Source: Promethearchaeota archaeon
Lineage (GTDB): Archaea; Asgardarchaeota; Lokiarchaeia; Sigyniarchaeales; SOKP01
DNA length: 64,000 nucleotides
Assembly: GCA_019058365.1 (NCBI GenBank)
Contig: JAHPZE010000001.1
Location: forward strand, 288,001-352,000
Direction: 5' to 3'
Position numbers and translations under genes: made by a program. A model generated the notes under the pieces. The model ran no database searches and was not told the origin of the DNA. It worked only from the letters and a program-made list of their open reading frames with translations. Within the stretch, counting starts at the first letter, position 1, and every line of letters begins with the position of its first letter. Shown in pieces: positions 20,486 through 30,870 of the stretch.

Positions 20486-23400
20486 TTAAGTTACTAAAAT
20501 AAAATCTTCTTCTGATACATGTATAATAACATTATCAACAATTAAAGTCCATTTAAATCTTATTATGATATCACTGGTGGTGCTATTAATAAATCCATTT
20601 AAAATCAAACCTTCCCCAGAATAAAGAATATCATTAATTATTGTAAAATTAACACCAGAATAAACACCATAACTGAATGTTTTATTTTCTAACGGATAAT
20701 AAACAGGTGGGACTATAACTGAAAACACCCCGCCTCCTTCTCGATATAGTGACAAATTAACTTTGACATTATATCCTGGAGCTATGATACTTTCATTTAA
20801 ATTCTCGAGTTCTATTCTAAACCTTGCGAGATCATCTGGTAATGACATTGAGGTATCCATTTCAAAGTTAAATGCTATTGTATATATTTTAACATCTACT
20901 ATTATCGTATTTGTTGTTGTATTACCGAATTCATTAGATGCTTGGACAAAATATTCATAAATCCCCGTATTTAATTCTGAAATTGCATACGATGTTTGCG
21001 AATTAGGTAAATTACTTACAATTAAACTATTGTTTTTATAGATTGAATAGCTATCAGCAAATTGAGATTCTGTCCAATTTAATACAAATGATCCATCAAT
21101 ATCTGGATTATCAGCATCAGTTGACAAAGTAAAGGTCCCCGGCTTAAAGTTTTCTAGATTATTGTAGGCATCAAAAGCGTCAGCACCATATCCCACTTTT
21201 CTGGTAAATGCCTCTACAAATCCTGCTAATTTTAATTGTTGTAAACCACCAACTGTACTGTAAGTTGGTATGTAGAAGTAAACTGAACCCCCAAGAGGAT
21301 ATAATAAGATATTTCCCTCTCTAGCACCAGCAATTAGGGTAATCTGTTGAGTTGCTTCCGTTTCATATGTATCTTTCGCAGTTTTAGGGCCAATTAGATT
21401 TTCTGGCAAGTTTCTAGTATGGTAAAAAAGTGCTTCTCCGAAATGTTCTCCATGTCTTACGACATACATACCTGCTAATGTATTTGCCTTTGAACCTTTA
21501 TATTCTACTAAATCTAACCCAACATATTCAATTCCATCTCCAAGATTTGTTTCAATATAAAAAAGATCTCCATTTTCTGGCCTTTCATGGAAGTCATCTG
21601 CTCGCTTCCATGTTTTTAGTTCTTGAACATGATATATGTAATTTGCCGCTAATTGCATTTCGAATAAATCTTCGGGATATCTCAACTGGCTTTTCAACCA
21701 TGGTGGAACATCTTGCCAGTTATAGACTTCCATGTAATATTTCCAAGCAAAATAAGTTGGATCATCACTTGATTCAATTAAACTAGGATTTTTGTAAAAT
21801 TCCATTTCACCATTAGTTACATCAACCAAACAAACACCTAAAAATCTTAATATTGGAAATTGTGAATATGAGCCAATATTTATTGACGTATAAATTGAAA
21901 CTGCATAATACATCTTTTTATTATCTCGATCAAAAACTAAATAAGGATCATTGTCTACTCTTAATTGAGGCAAAAGAATGTCATTTACTCGGTTTTTAAC
22001 GTTTCTATTGATTAAAAATTGTTTTTCTCCTCCTTGGAAAACATACCCCCATAACCCTAAACTAGCTGTATACCAGAAAGCTTCCAAACCTTCAAGTACT
22101 CCATCTGGTTCACCATTATAAACGTATATATTATTTGGAATTCCACCTCTCCATTCAGTTCCCAGTAAAATACTTGAATCGTAAGCACCTAAGCTTGAAC
22201 TAGTTAAACCTTCTGTTTCAAGAAATTTTTGACTTTCAGATTCACCAAAAAAGATTGGATAATTTTCGTCAATATTAAAAATCAAACTTATATTAACTAA
22301 TTCTCCTTTGTTTGTATCCAATGCTAAGAATCCTTCAATATGATCATATAATTCAGTAGAGACTTTCACTGGATCTCCAGCAAATTGTGATAATCTGATT
22401 GTTTTTGGCGCGACCCAATATTCTGTTCCATTTAAAAAAACGATATCAGAATCTGCTAAACCTTCATATGTAGTACCAATCTTTGCAGCTAGACTCTGAA
22501 CAGCAAAAGATTGGTCAAATTGTCTTATCCTTTCTAACATTTGGGTATCGTTTGCAGGTGACGATGATAATGTGAAATTTTCAATTGGTCTTTCCTCAAA
22601 CATATCTAACCCGGCACATTCTCTTGTCCACATGATTTCTCTTTGGATTCTTCTATCCCATTCGTAGTTTGAATAAACAGAGGTATTACTTACTGTGATT
22701 AATGGACCAACACTTATTATCATGGGTACTATTATTATCCCTATTATCACACCAGTCATTATCCATATTTTCAAATCTTTAGGATTTAAAATCATTCTAG
22801 ATTTTGGATTTTTGGCTAATTCAAGGCGACCTATAATATAAACTATTACCCCAAATCCAATAAGGGCAAAAAAGGCTAATATCAATGACCACATCTGTAT
22901 TATTTCAATCCCATTTAAGGCAAAAGCGGGTAAGTAAAGAAATATTATCCCACAAATCAAACTACCTATTAATAGGGAATTTGCTAATATGTTATAATCG
23001 TTTCTCTTCAAGTAATAATTACTTCCAATGTTTAAAATCGAGCGAAAAATACATACTCCAAGAATATAAAAAATCAGCGGTAAATATACCCTCGTATAAA
23101 TGAATATAAAATCAAGGTTCATATTATTCTGGTTTAATAAGACATTGAAAGCATCAGTAAAAACAGTAATCGGAGAGATACCAATTTCCCCTTTTTCTAT
23201 CAAGTATATAGCCCAAGAAAATTGACCATCAATATCAAGTACAAAACCTATAAGGTAAAATAGAGCAAAACCAGCTGTCCACCAAAAAATTAAGGCTTTT
23301 AATATCGACGGTTTACCAAATCCTAACCGTGTGCCAATAATAGTTAATAGATTTCTATTAGGTGGTAGACTCATTATGATACATCCTATTATTGCCCCAA

Positions 23401-23791
23401 TCAAGGCTGTCTTATTAAAAAAGAAATTGGTTGACCAGAAATTAAGAAAATAAACCTCATAATAACTAATAAGTCCAGCCGCCTTATTCTCATATAGTTG
23501 AGCATTAAGATGAATTGGACCAAACCAAGCAGGCCACCACCACAAGATAGATAGAACAACGATAACTATAGCTATAATAGGTAAACCGATCTTTAGATAT
23601 TTTTTTATTTTCGGTTTAGATTGAAATATACCAAGTTTCAGCGGTTTTATTGTTGGAGGTTCTTCATCAAACGATTCCCCTCGTTCTAACCTTTCTATTT
23701 TCTTTTGAAATTCATGCTTTCTATTCGCTTCTTGGCAATCATTACAGTAATAATTGAATTTTTTGTGTTTCTTGCAACTTTTCTTAGCCAT
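20486..23791 (-). CDS. UPF0182 family membrane protein with N-terminal Cys/His finger and C-terminal FN3/Ig-like domains
   Basis: PIFFGE, DPYLV, QLRYPEDLF, GNILLYPLGGS; LNWT..ADSYSIY..YEYFVQASNEFG (FN3). Confidence 0.85.
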   Translation of the reverse strand: MAKKSCKKHKKFNYYCNDCQEANRKHEFQKKIERLERGESFDEEPPTIKPLKLGIFQSKPKIKKYLKIGLPIIAIVIVVLSILWWWPAWFGPIHLNAQLYENKAAGLISYYEVYFLNFWSTNFFFNKTALIGAIIGCIIMSLPPNRNLLTIIGTRLGFGKPSILKALIFWWTAGFALFYLIGFVLDIDGQFSWAIYLIEKGEIGISPITVFTDAFNVLLNQNNMNLDFIFIYTRVYLPLIFYILGVCIFRSILNIGSNYYLKRNDYNILANSLLIGSLICGIIFLYLPAFALNGIEIIQMWSLILAFFALIGFGVIVYIIGRLELAKNPKSRMILNPKDLKIWIMTGVIIGIIIVPMIISVGPLITVSNTSVYSNYEWDRRIQREIMWTRECAGLDMFEERPIENFTLSSSPANDTQMLERIRQFDQSFAVQSLAAKIGTTYEGLADSDIVFLNGTEYWVAPKTIRLSQFAGDPVKVSTELYDHIEGFLALDTNKGELVNISLIFNIDENYPIFFGESESQKFLETEGLTSSSLGAYDSSILLGTEWRGGIPNNIYVYNGEPDGVLEGLEAFWYTASLGLWGYVFQGGEKQFLINRNVKNRVNDILLPQLRVDNDPYLVFDRDNKKMYYAVSIYTSINIGSYSQFPILRFLGVCLVDVTNGEMEFYKNPSLIESSDDPTYFAWKYYMEVYNWQDVPPWLKSQLRYPEDLFEMQLAANYIYHVQELKTWKRADDFHERPENGDLFYIETNLGDGIEYVGLDLVEYKGSKANTLAGMYVVRHGEHFGEALFYHTRNLPENLIGPKTAKDTYETEATQQITLIAGAREGNILLYPLGGSVYFYIPTYSTVGGLQQLKLAGFVEAFTRKVGYGADAFDAYNNLENFKPGTFTLSTDADNPDIDGSFVLNWTESQFADSYSIYKNNSLIVSNLPNSQTSYAISELNTGIYEYFVQASNEFGNTTTNTIIVDVKIYTIAFNFEMDTSMSLPDDLARFRIELENLNESIIAPGYNVKVNLSLYREGGGVFSVIVPPVYYPLENKTFSYGVYSGVNFTIINDILYSGEGLILNGFINSTTSDIIIRFKWTLIVDNVIIHVSEEDFILVT

Positions 23792-24165
23792 AAAAATTCA
23801 TCATTTTATATAAAATTAAAAATTGAAATTAATTTGTATATAAAAATTGAAAACATAAATCATTTATGTTTAACATTAAAAGGTAGATCTAATTTCTGCT
23901 TGGAATTATTATTTGAAATCAGTTGAAAACAAATGGATTGTATAAAGAACTGCCTAAAAAGTTCTTTTGTATCTTATACTCTTCTATAGATAAAAATTAT
24001 AATTATTTATTTATATATATTTGAAAATTTATCAAAGATAATTACGTATAAAAAGGAAATAAATGAATCTTAGTCATAACATTTAAATATATACTCTTAT
24101 CTACTAGATTGGGGATAATTGAATAATAATTATAAATTAAAGTATAAGGCGAAAAAACTAACATT

Positions 24166-24270
24166 ATGAGTATGAAAGAGTTTTATGAAATTCTTTTGGG
24201 GCTTATTGGACTTTCTAGTTTAGCAGCTCTAGGTATTGCCTTATTAATCATTATGGGTATATTTATTTAA
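24166..24270 (+). CDS. 34-aa single-TM peptide
   Basis: MSMKEFYEILLGLIGLSSLAALGIALLIIMGIFI; below the ORF-track cutoff. Confidence 0.45.
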   Translation: MSMKEFYEILLGLIGLSSLAALGIALLIIMGIFI

Positions 24271-24281
24271 TTATTTCGTCT

Positions 24282-24647
24282 TTATAGATTAAATTTCTTT
24301 CTATTTTCATCTGTATTTTCATAAATACACCATTCAGCGACAAGATCATTTTCAATCTTGGCTATCCATATGGCATAATCTTCTGCTAAAGAATCCTTAG
24401 ACCATTTGGCATACCCGATTAAAATTACCAAATTATCTCTTGATACTACTCTTTTAAAATAATTTTTGTAGGTGGGGAAGTTGCTAAAAAATTCTTTCCA
24501 CCCATTAATCATGTCTCCATAACGATTTCCTGAACGATCCATAAATATATGGTCTTCTGTCATGAGATTGGTAAGACCCTCAATATCTTGGTTATTAATA
24601 TATTCATTAAATTGTAAGGCAGTTAATTTTGGATCTTTTAAATTCAT
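24282..24647 (-). CDS. SnoaL/NTF2-like protein
   Basis: FNEYINNQDIEGLTNLMTEDHIFMD...ENDLVAEW. Confidence 0.85.
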   Translation of the reverse strand: MNLKDPKLTALQFNEYINNQDIEGLTNLMTEDHIFMDRSGNRYGDMINGWKEFFSNFPTYKNYFKRVVSRDNLVILIGYAKWSKDSLAEDYAIWIAKIENDLVAEWCIYENTDENRKKFNL

Positions 24648-24761
24648 TATATTATCTCGTTGAAATTACATTGGGATTTACACAAAATTCTATGATTTTT
24701 TTCTAATTGCACATAATATAAATATTTCCTAAAATTTATGGTATTTAAATTAGACTAATTA

Positions 24762-25139
24762 ATGATTAAAATGATTTTCCAATCTTTTGAAGAAGTAATG
24801 TGGTTTTTGGTTTTTTATCTTATAGTTCTTGTAATAATGGCAATTTTTTTAAGCATAGCATTAAGCTTCTTTAGCAAAGCAAAAAACACTAATTTCGGAA
24901 GGGTTTTTTTAACAGCATTCTTAATAACTGTAACCTTTGCTTTAACTTTTCTGTATTTAGAAGGCTGGCTTGCATGGTTAGTGGCATTAATTCTAACCTG
25001 GATAATTATTAGTGTTAGCCATAATGTCGGGCTTTTGAGTGCAATAGTCATAACTGTTATAGCTTTCCTAATTTACGTTCTCGTTGTCATTTTAATTGCA
25101 GCGTTATTACATGTAACTATCGATATATTACCATTTTAA
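24762..25139 (+). CDS. Small 4-TM hypothetical protein
   Basis: 125 aa, hydrophobic. Confidence 0.7.
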   Translation: MIKMIFQSFEEVMWFLVFYLIVLVIMAIFLSIALSFFSKAKNTNFGRVFLTAFLITVTFALTFLYLEGWLAWLVALILTWIIISVSHNVGLLSAIVITVIAFLIYVLVVILIAALLHVTIDILPF

Positions 25140-25211
25140 ATCTCCTTCTTTTTTCTTTTTTTATCTTAATATCTTAACCTTCCTGGCTTAATATTAAAGA
25201 TATCTTTGAAC

Positions 25212-25364
25212 TCAAAATATTATATTTTTACTTTTCCATAATTTAATGAGTCTTTTGAAGTCTTCAACTGAGATTCCTAAATCATCTTTCTTATACTTCT
25301 TTTTTTTTATTTGTTGTGGTTTAGTTCTTAATTCCAATTCCCAATCATAGTAAGATTTTGTCAT
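25212..25364 (-). CDS. Hypothetical 50-aa basic protein
   Basis: MTKSYYDWELELRTKPQQ...LIKLWKSKNIIF; no recognised motif. Confidence 0.3.
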   Translation of the reverse strand: MTKSYYDWELELRTKPQQIKKKKYKKDDLGISVEDFKRLIKLWKSKNIIF

Positions 25365-25463
25365 AAGAAAAAGATTAAATTATTTTCAAATAAATTGAGA
25401 GAGTCCGACAAATTTCAGAAAAAAGTATTTTAATTATTTTAAAAATCGAAAATTTTAAATTTT

Positions 25464-25953
25464 TTACTCTCCTCTCTCGATTCCACAACTAGGACATATT
25501 TTGGCGGATTCTTCTATTTGACTTCCACAAAATGAGCAATATTTAATTTTTTGTCCTTGAATAATGCTAGGTTCCGGGATTTTTTCCTGTCTAGCAGATA
25601 TTCCATAGGTTTTAAGCAAAGTAAACAAATGAGAGAAAAGACCATTATACCACGATTGCTTTAATTTTTCAACTCTAAATATAGTTCGGGAAAGAGGTAT
25701 TGCATCAACTCTTATTAATGTTTGGTTTCCTTCCAGAGTATAAAAATTTATCAGTATTCACTTTTTCCAGTTTGGATCGTGCCCAGTATGAGTTCTCATA
25801 GTTCCTTGCTTTGCTTCGATAAATGTATGTGGGGTTGATGTTTTAATTTTAGTTTTATATTGACTATTTAACCATTGCATTGTAAGCTCAAATGCTCTTT
25901 GAGCATTAATTAGTACTTTTTCTTCGAAAATTACATTTACGTTAAAAATACAT
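25464..25953 (-). pseudogene. Zinc-ribbon domain protein, pseudogene
   Basis: ATG at 25953 is out of frame (T-run frameshift); in-frame TGA at 25758-25760; C-terminal YCSFCG..AKICPSCG. Confidence 0.65.
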
Positions 25954-26202
25954 CAACTTATAATCACTTATTTACTTATCATAAAAATACAAAACAACAT
26001 TAAAATTCTTTTACATATTTAATTGATATTTATTGGTTGTACTAATTAAGAAGAGAGAGGAAATATAAAAAAATTCACATCTTAGGGGTAATACAAATAA
26101 GGATATAACTTGGGAATACTTCAAAACCTAATATAGTATTAAAGATTAAATAAAATACTCTATTGTTGATCTATTTCATAAGTTTGTTGATATTTGTAGA
26201 AG

Positions 26203-26712
26203 TCATTGAGGTTTAAATCCATTATTCAAAATTATTTTTGTAGCCATCTTAGCAACTTTCCCTACAACAGTAGAACAATGTTCTATCATTCCTGATTTAA
26301 ATGCTTCTTTCTGCTCATCAGGATTCCAGAGATTATATGTCCTTCCCACCAGTTTCTCTTGAACGTCATAACATCTGCAGGATCCATATTTTTTTATATA
26401 CTTATCATGCAATTGCTTGACTAATTCATATGATTTCTCCGGTTTATACCTATCCTTAAAATCTTTACGTTCTCTTCCAAAAAAGTATCCAATTGCCATT
26501 GAAGCGCCCACTAAGGCACCACAAGAACCATCTCCGGTTAAACCTAAACCATCCGCTAAACCGCTTGCTGCTTTGAAAACATCTTCATTCCATATCCCCA
26601 ATGAATCAAAAATGGCCGCTATAGCAGTCTGAGAACATCCCGTACATTCTTTTTCGTATTGTTTTCCTAATTCAAATGCCTTTTTAACAATTTGTTCGTT
26701 CAATTCTATCAT
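26203..26712 (-). CDS. C_GCAxxG_C_C family putative redox protein
   Basis: GCSQT, GSCGALVGA, YGSCRC, EHC. Confidence 0.9.
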   Translation of the reverse strand: MIELNEQIVKKAFELGKQYEKECTGCSQTAIAAIFDSLGIWNEDVFKAASGLADGLGLTGDGSCGALVGASMAIGYFFGRERKDFKDRYKPEKSYELVKQLHDKYIKKYGSCRCYDVQEKLVGRTYNLWNPDEQKEAFKSGMIEHCSTVVGKVAKMATKIILNNGFKPQ

Positions 26713-26791
26713 AATTCTTGAAGTATTTGATACTAAATAAAAAATTTCAGTTTAATCTTTAGAATAAAAATTAAATGGATTTAACTATTTT

Positions 26792-26814
26792 CTCGATTAA
26801 TTAAATTAATCGAG
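26792..26814. promoter_or_regulatory. Perfect 11-bp inverted repeat CTCGATTAATT-A-AATTAATCGAG
   Basis: Between divergent redox genes, 11 nt before the 26826 start. Confidence 0.45.
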
Positions 26815-26825
26815 TTATCTAAGAT

Positions 26826-27623
26826 TTGAATACTTTCCCATATAGACCATTTGAATCTAGGATTGATAAAATTCTAAAAAGAATACCAGCACTTGGTAAA
26901 CTACTTTCTAGTTTGTTTGGTCTTGTTGAACGCATGATTCTTGATTTATTTCGAAAAATTGATATGAAATTTAATATATACACGATGGGAATTGTTAATA
27001 AGTTTATTTTAAGGGGCAGATGGGGTGGAAAAGTCATTCCTTTAAACAAGAATATTAGTTATGATGCAAAATTCATATCTTCCCAAGAAATATTAAAAAT
27101 ATTAGAGCGTTCATCGGTAAGGGGGATTAGTTGGTGCTATTGTAGAACTACTCAACGAAAATATGAAACGCCAAATTGCGATCACCCGATAAATACATGT
27201 ATACATTTTGGTTTTGGGAAGACTCTTTATGAAATACCCTTTAAATCGTACAATCTAAAAAAAGTGTCAAAAAAAGAAATTATTGATTTATTAGAAGAAT
27301 GCGATGAGAGAGGTCTCGTTCATCAATTAATTTATTTTCCAAATCCACAATTTTACTATATCATATGCAACTGTTGTCCATGTTGCTGTGTTATTCTTAA
27401 TAAATTTATTAAGTATGGTTCTCCGCAGATGGTTAAAAGTGATTTCATCGCAAACACTAATTTAACTAAATGTACTAATTGTGGGACGTGTGAAACATGG
27501 TGTTATTTTGGGGCAAGACATCTTATTGATAATAAATTACATTTCAATTCAATACATTGTTTTGGATGTGGTACTTGTGTCTCAAAATGCCCTAATAAGG
27601 CAATAACATTAATAAAGAAATAA
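26826..27623 (+). CDS. 4Fe-4S binding protein
   Basis: CYCR..C..C, ICNCCPCCC, CTNCGTCETWC, CFGCGTCVSKCP. Confidence 0.88.
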   Translation: MNTFPYRPFESRIDKILKRIPALGKLLSSLFGLVERMILDLFRKIDMKFNIYTMGIVNKFILRGRWGGKVIPLNKNISYDAKFISSQEILKILERSSVRGISWCYCRTTQRKYETPNCDHPINTCIHFGFGKTLYEIPFKSYNLKKVSKKEIIDLLEECDERGLVHQLIYFPNPQFYYIICNCCPCCCVILNKFIKYGSPQMVKSDFIANTNLTKCTNCGTCETWCYFGARHLIDNKLHFNSIHCFGCGTCVSKCPNKAITLIKK

Positions 27624-27652
27624 AAAAAAAGAAAAAAACTGTGTATTTATTT

Positions 27653-28945
27653 CTATTTTGGGGGTTTTATTAAATAGGCTAATATTACCGCTACTACGGA
27701 CATTGCACCCATTACAATAAATAAGACCAAATAACTTCCGAATATAGTCACAAATAGATTAACTCCAACAGCACCGATAAATCCTGCGATCCCATAAGCA
27801 GTAAATACAATTCCATAATTAGGACCTAAATTCTTAGTGCCAAATAAATCAGCAGTAGCAGTCGGAAATAAGCTGAAATTCCCTCCAAAACAGAAATATA
27901 TTGCACAAGTCATTATTAGGAAGAATAACTCATTCACATTTGTTGTAAAGTAAATAAACATTAAAATCGCTTGAGTAGAAAACATTATTAGCATTGCTTT
28001 TTTATACGTCATGAAATCAGCTATTGTCCCCCATATAATCCTTCCTGCACCGTTAAATAATGCTGCTAAGCTACCTATAAATACAAAATCTGCTGTTCCT
28101 ATAATAAATATGAAATTATCTCCCGCATCGACAGTTTTAGCGAAAGAGGCATAAGATCCTATCACCATTAATCCACTTATAGCACTCAAGACAAATGTAG
28201 TCCAAAGTATCCAAAATTGGGGCAATCTTACTGTTTGAGCTCTTTCGAAATCAAGTCCTGATATTCCACTTTCTTCTGATGGGGGAGGAGGAACCCATCC
28301 TCGAGGCGTCCATCCTTCTGGAGGGTTACTCAAAGTCATTGCGCCTCCTACAATTAGAATTAAATAAATAATCCCTAAGATGATAAACATTAAGGGAATA
28401 TTTTGAGTAACTGTAGCAACAAAATTTGGATCAGTAGTTTCTAAACCAGAGGGATTAGCTAAAGCTTTTATTACATAATTAAATACAAACGACCCTGCTC
28501 CGAATCCTGCCACAGCAATTCCATTAATAAATCCCTTTTTATCTGGAAACCATTTACTTGCTGAAGCGATAGGGCAAACATACCCAAATCCAATTCCTGC
28601 TCCAAAAATAATACCATACGTAACTAATAGTCCTACAAAAGTAGTCATAAATGATGATAGAATAACACCACTCCCCAATAGAACTCCTCCAAGTATGGCA
28701 ATATTTCTAGGACCATATATTTGTTGTAGTTTCCCCGCGAAAATCATTGTTATTGCAAAAGACAATAAGCCTACGCCAAAAATGTAAACAGTTACTTCCT
28801 TGATTTCATTTAAATATGGGCTGACAAAGATAGTAAGTGTACCCCAAGAATATATTGTTCCTAATGCCAGTTGGATCATGATAGCTCCGATAACAACAAT
28901 CCAGCGATTTCTAATTTTTTGTTCCTCAGACATTTTTAATTTCAC
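27653..28945 (-). CDS. MFS transporter, oxalate/formate antiporter (OFA) family
   Basis: LGTIYSW, KWFPDKKG, GFGAG, NGAGRIIWG, FGTKNLGPNYG. Confidence 0.92.
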   Translation of the reverse strand: MKLKMSEEQKIRNRWIVVIGAIMIQLALGTIYSWGTLTIFVSPYLNEIKEVTVYIFGVGLLSFAITMIFAGKLQQIYGPRNIAILGGVLLGSGVILSSFMTTFVGLLVTYGIIFGAGIGFGYVCPIASASKWFPDKKGFINGIAVAGFGAGSFVFNYVIKALANPSGLETTDPNFVATVTQNIPLMFIILGIIYLILIVGGAMTLSNPPEGWTPRGWVPPPPSEESGISGLDFERAQTVRLPQFWILWTTFVLSAISGLMVIGSYASFAKTVDAGDNFIFIIGTADFVFIGSLAALFNGAGRIIWGTIADFMTYKKAMLIMFSTQAILMFIYFTTNVNELFFLIMTCAIYFCFGGNFSLFPTATADLFGTKNLGPNYGIVFTAYGIAGFIGAVGVNLFVTIFGSYLVLFIVMGAMSVVAVILAYLIKPPK

Positions 28946-29132
28946 TTTAATAATTTTATATGTTTAAGAATTATATGAGGGATAAAAATATTTTTTTAAT
29001 ATTTAAAAATCGCTATACAAGATTTCTAATTATAAATATACAAAAAGGTGAATTTATTGGAGGTTATATAAACAAATTAATTAAGAGATTATATATTAAC
29101 AAGTTTTATAACACCCATACCTTCGTGAATAT

Positions 29133-30143
29133 ATGATGAGATTTGTTTCTGGCTTAAAGAATCTGGCAAAAAAGAGAATTTTATTAGGTATTATTGTTCT
29201 TTTTATCGTTTCTTGGTTTTTATTCACGTTTGGATTTAATGTGTTTTCAAATATCAAATTTAGTAAATATTTTTTAATATTTCTAGCGATTTTAGCTGGA
29301 TTTACATTTATTTTGTTCATTATATCATTTATTATACCTCTTGATAAAATGGGGGTAATAATAATTATTATATCAACAGTTTTGACTCTACCTGTTATGT
29401 GGATTTTTGGAAGGATTATTGAAATTTTTAGAATTTTTTGTTATGTTGCTAATATTGTTGTTACCGCATTTTTTGCCTTTAAATTTTGTATGGATACATC
29501 TACTAAAATTGATGATTACTTATACAAAAAAAAAGGGTCTAGAATATTTATACGGCCTATAGAATTTATTATTTTTTTCCTTCTTAGTTGGTGGTTTACA
29601 TCTTTAAGCATCAGATTTTTTGTTAGTTACCCTAATCCTGCCATACAAAGTTTAGCAAGGGTCTTTTTTGATTTATTCTTGGTAGGTTTAGCATTATTAG
29701 GTGTAGTATTTATTAGATTATTATTTACAAAGAAGTTTGCTGCATATATTTCCTTCTTTTATGTATTAACATTCTTTTATGTTTTCTATATTATTATTGA
29801 TCTTTGGGCAGTATTTATTTTTCTTGATACTGTGGGGTATGATCTTTTATCATTTTTCATTGATTTTCTTTTGTTTTTATATATAATTGGATCTATTTAT
29901 GAAAGAGTTGATTACATAAAAGAAAAACTTAAATTATTTAGAGCTGATACAATAGCTTTATTCGTAATTTTAATGAAACTTATAGTTCAAATTATAGATA
30001 TTTTAAGAGAACTTTTTCCTCCCGCTGATGTAGTACCAGGGTTAATACTTCAAGCCCAAATATTGTGGATTTTCTTTATGGTTTTTACACTGATAGTTGG
30101 AATATACACTATTTTTAGACATAAAGAAAGAAAAAGCTCCTAA
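29133..30143 (+). CDS. Hypothetical multi-pass membrane protein
   Basis: 336 aa, about 10 TM. Confidence 0.7.
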   Translation: MMRFVSGLKNLAKKRILLGIIVLFIVSWFLFTFGFNVFSNIKFSKYFLIFLAILAGFTFILFIISFIIPLDKMGVIIIIISTVLTLPVMWIFGRIIEIFRIFCYVANIVVTAFFAFKFCMDTSTKIDDYLYKKKGSRIFIRPIEFIIFFLLSWWFTSLSIRFFVSYPNPAIQSLARVFFDLFLVGLALLGVVFIRLLFTKKFAAYISFFYVLTFFYVFYIIIDLWAVFIFLDTVGYDLLSFFIDFLLFLYIIGSIYERVDYIKEKLKLFRADTIALFVILMKLIVQIIDILRELFPPADVVPGLILQAQILWIFFMVFTLIVGIYTIFRHKERKSS

Positions 30144-30227
30144 AAGAATTTGAGAAGAATTAATCACTAAGTTAAAATTTTTAAGTAGAAATCACTAATA
30201 AAAAATAAATAGATTTACTTATAATAT

Positions 30228-30494
30228 ATGAAAATGAGCGAAGCTAAGTTAAATCTAAAAAGGAACAGAATTTTTAAAAAATTGATGATATATCTTTTCA
30301 GTGTAATTAGCCTAGTAGCAATTATCATAATAGTTATCACACTATTTGTCAATGTGGTGAATAATGAAATGAATGATGGTGGTTGTGGTTGAGGGGGCTT
30401 CATATTCCCTCCTCAAATAATACATTCAGTGATAAATTATCTTGTCGATTATACTCTTAAGCAATCATATCTGCTCTCAATAATTTTAATATAA
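30228..30494 (+). CDS. Putative novel membrane selenoprotein, 88 aa (Sec55, GGCGUGG)
   Basis: In-frame TGA at 30390-30392 within D-G-G-C-G-U-G-G, open to TAA at 30492-30494; SECIS-like element starts 3 nt after the stop. Confidence 0.75.
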
Positions 30495-30496
30495 AA

Positions 30497-30563
30497 TCCG
30501 AAAGGAATGAAACTTGCTAAAAAAGATTGGTAGTAAGCAGACCCACCTCGCAATGGTTTCGGA
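30497..30563 (+). promoter_or_regulatory. SECIS-like element (3'-UTR, eukaryote/Loki type)
   Basis: Outer stem TCCGAAA/TTTCGGA; ATGA at 30507 and GA at 30540; inner stem CTTGCTA/TAGTAAG; A-rich loop; matches the element at 58829. Confidence 0.8.
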
Positions 30564-30657
30564 ATTAAGAAGATGAATTTTAAGAAAAACTCAATGAGTT
30601 TAATTTTTATAAAAAATAATATAAAATTTTAATATTTTAATTAATATTGAGTTAATT

Positions 30658-30810
30658 ATGGTAAAAGCAATATTATCAGTAAATGAAAGAAAAATTCCGT
30701 TAAAGGATTTCATGCAAGAGATGCTTACAAATATAATTCAGGGCTATTTAAAAACAACTAAAGGAGTTCCTGAAAACATTGAACATATTAAAATTGAAAT
30801 AGACCTATAA
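30658..30810 (+). CDS. 50-aa protein resembling the C-terminal domain of MobB-type proteins
   Basis: LSVNERKIPLKDFMQEMLTNIIQGYLKTTKGV..IKIEI. Confidence 0.65.
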   Translation: MVKAILSVNERKIPLKDFMQEMLTNIIQGYLKTTKGVPENIEHIKIEIDL

Positions 30811-30870
30811 GGTTTGCATTTTAAGAGTTTCAAATCCTTCCAAAATAAGAAAAAAAAAGAATTTTTATAG

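Noticed and set aside
25464-25953. In-frame TGA (25758-25760) in a zinc-ribbon gene as a possible third selenoprotein
   Set aside because: The context WKK*ILI is not a Cys/redox motif, no SECIS-like element lies downstream, and the start is also frameshifted. A pseudogene is simpler.
30215-30403. 62-aa minus-strand ORF
   Set aside because: Antisense shadow of the selenoprotein candidate on the plus strand.
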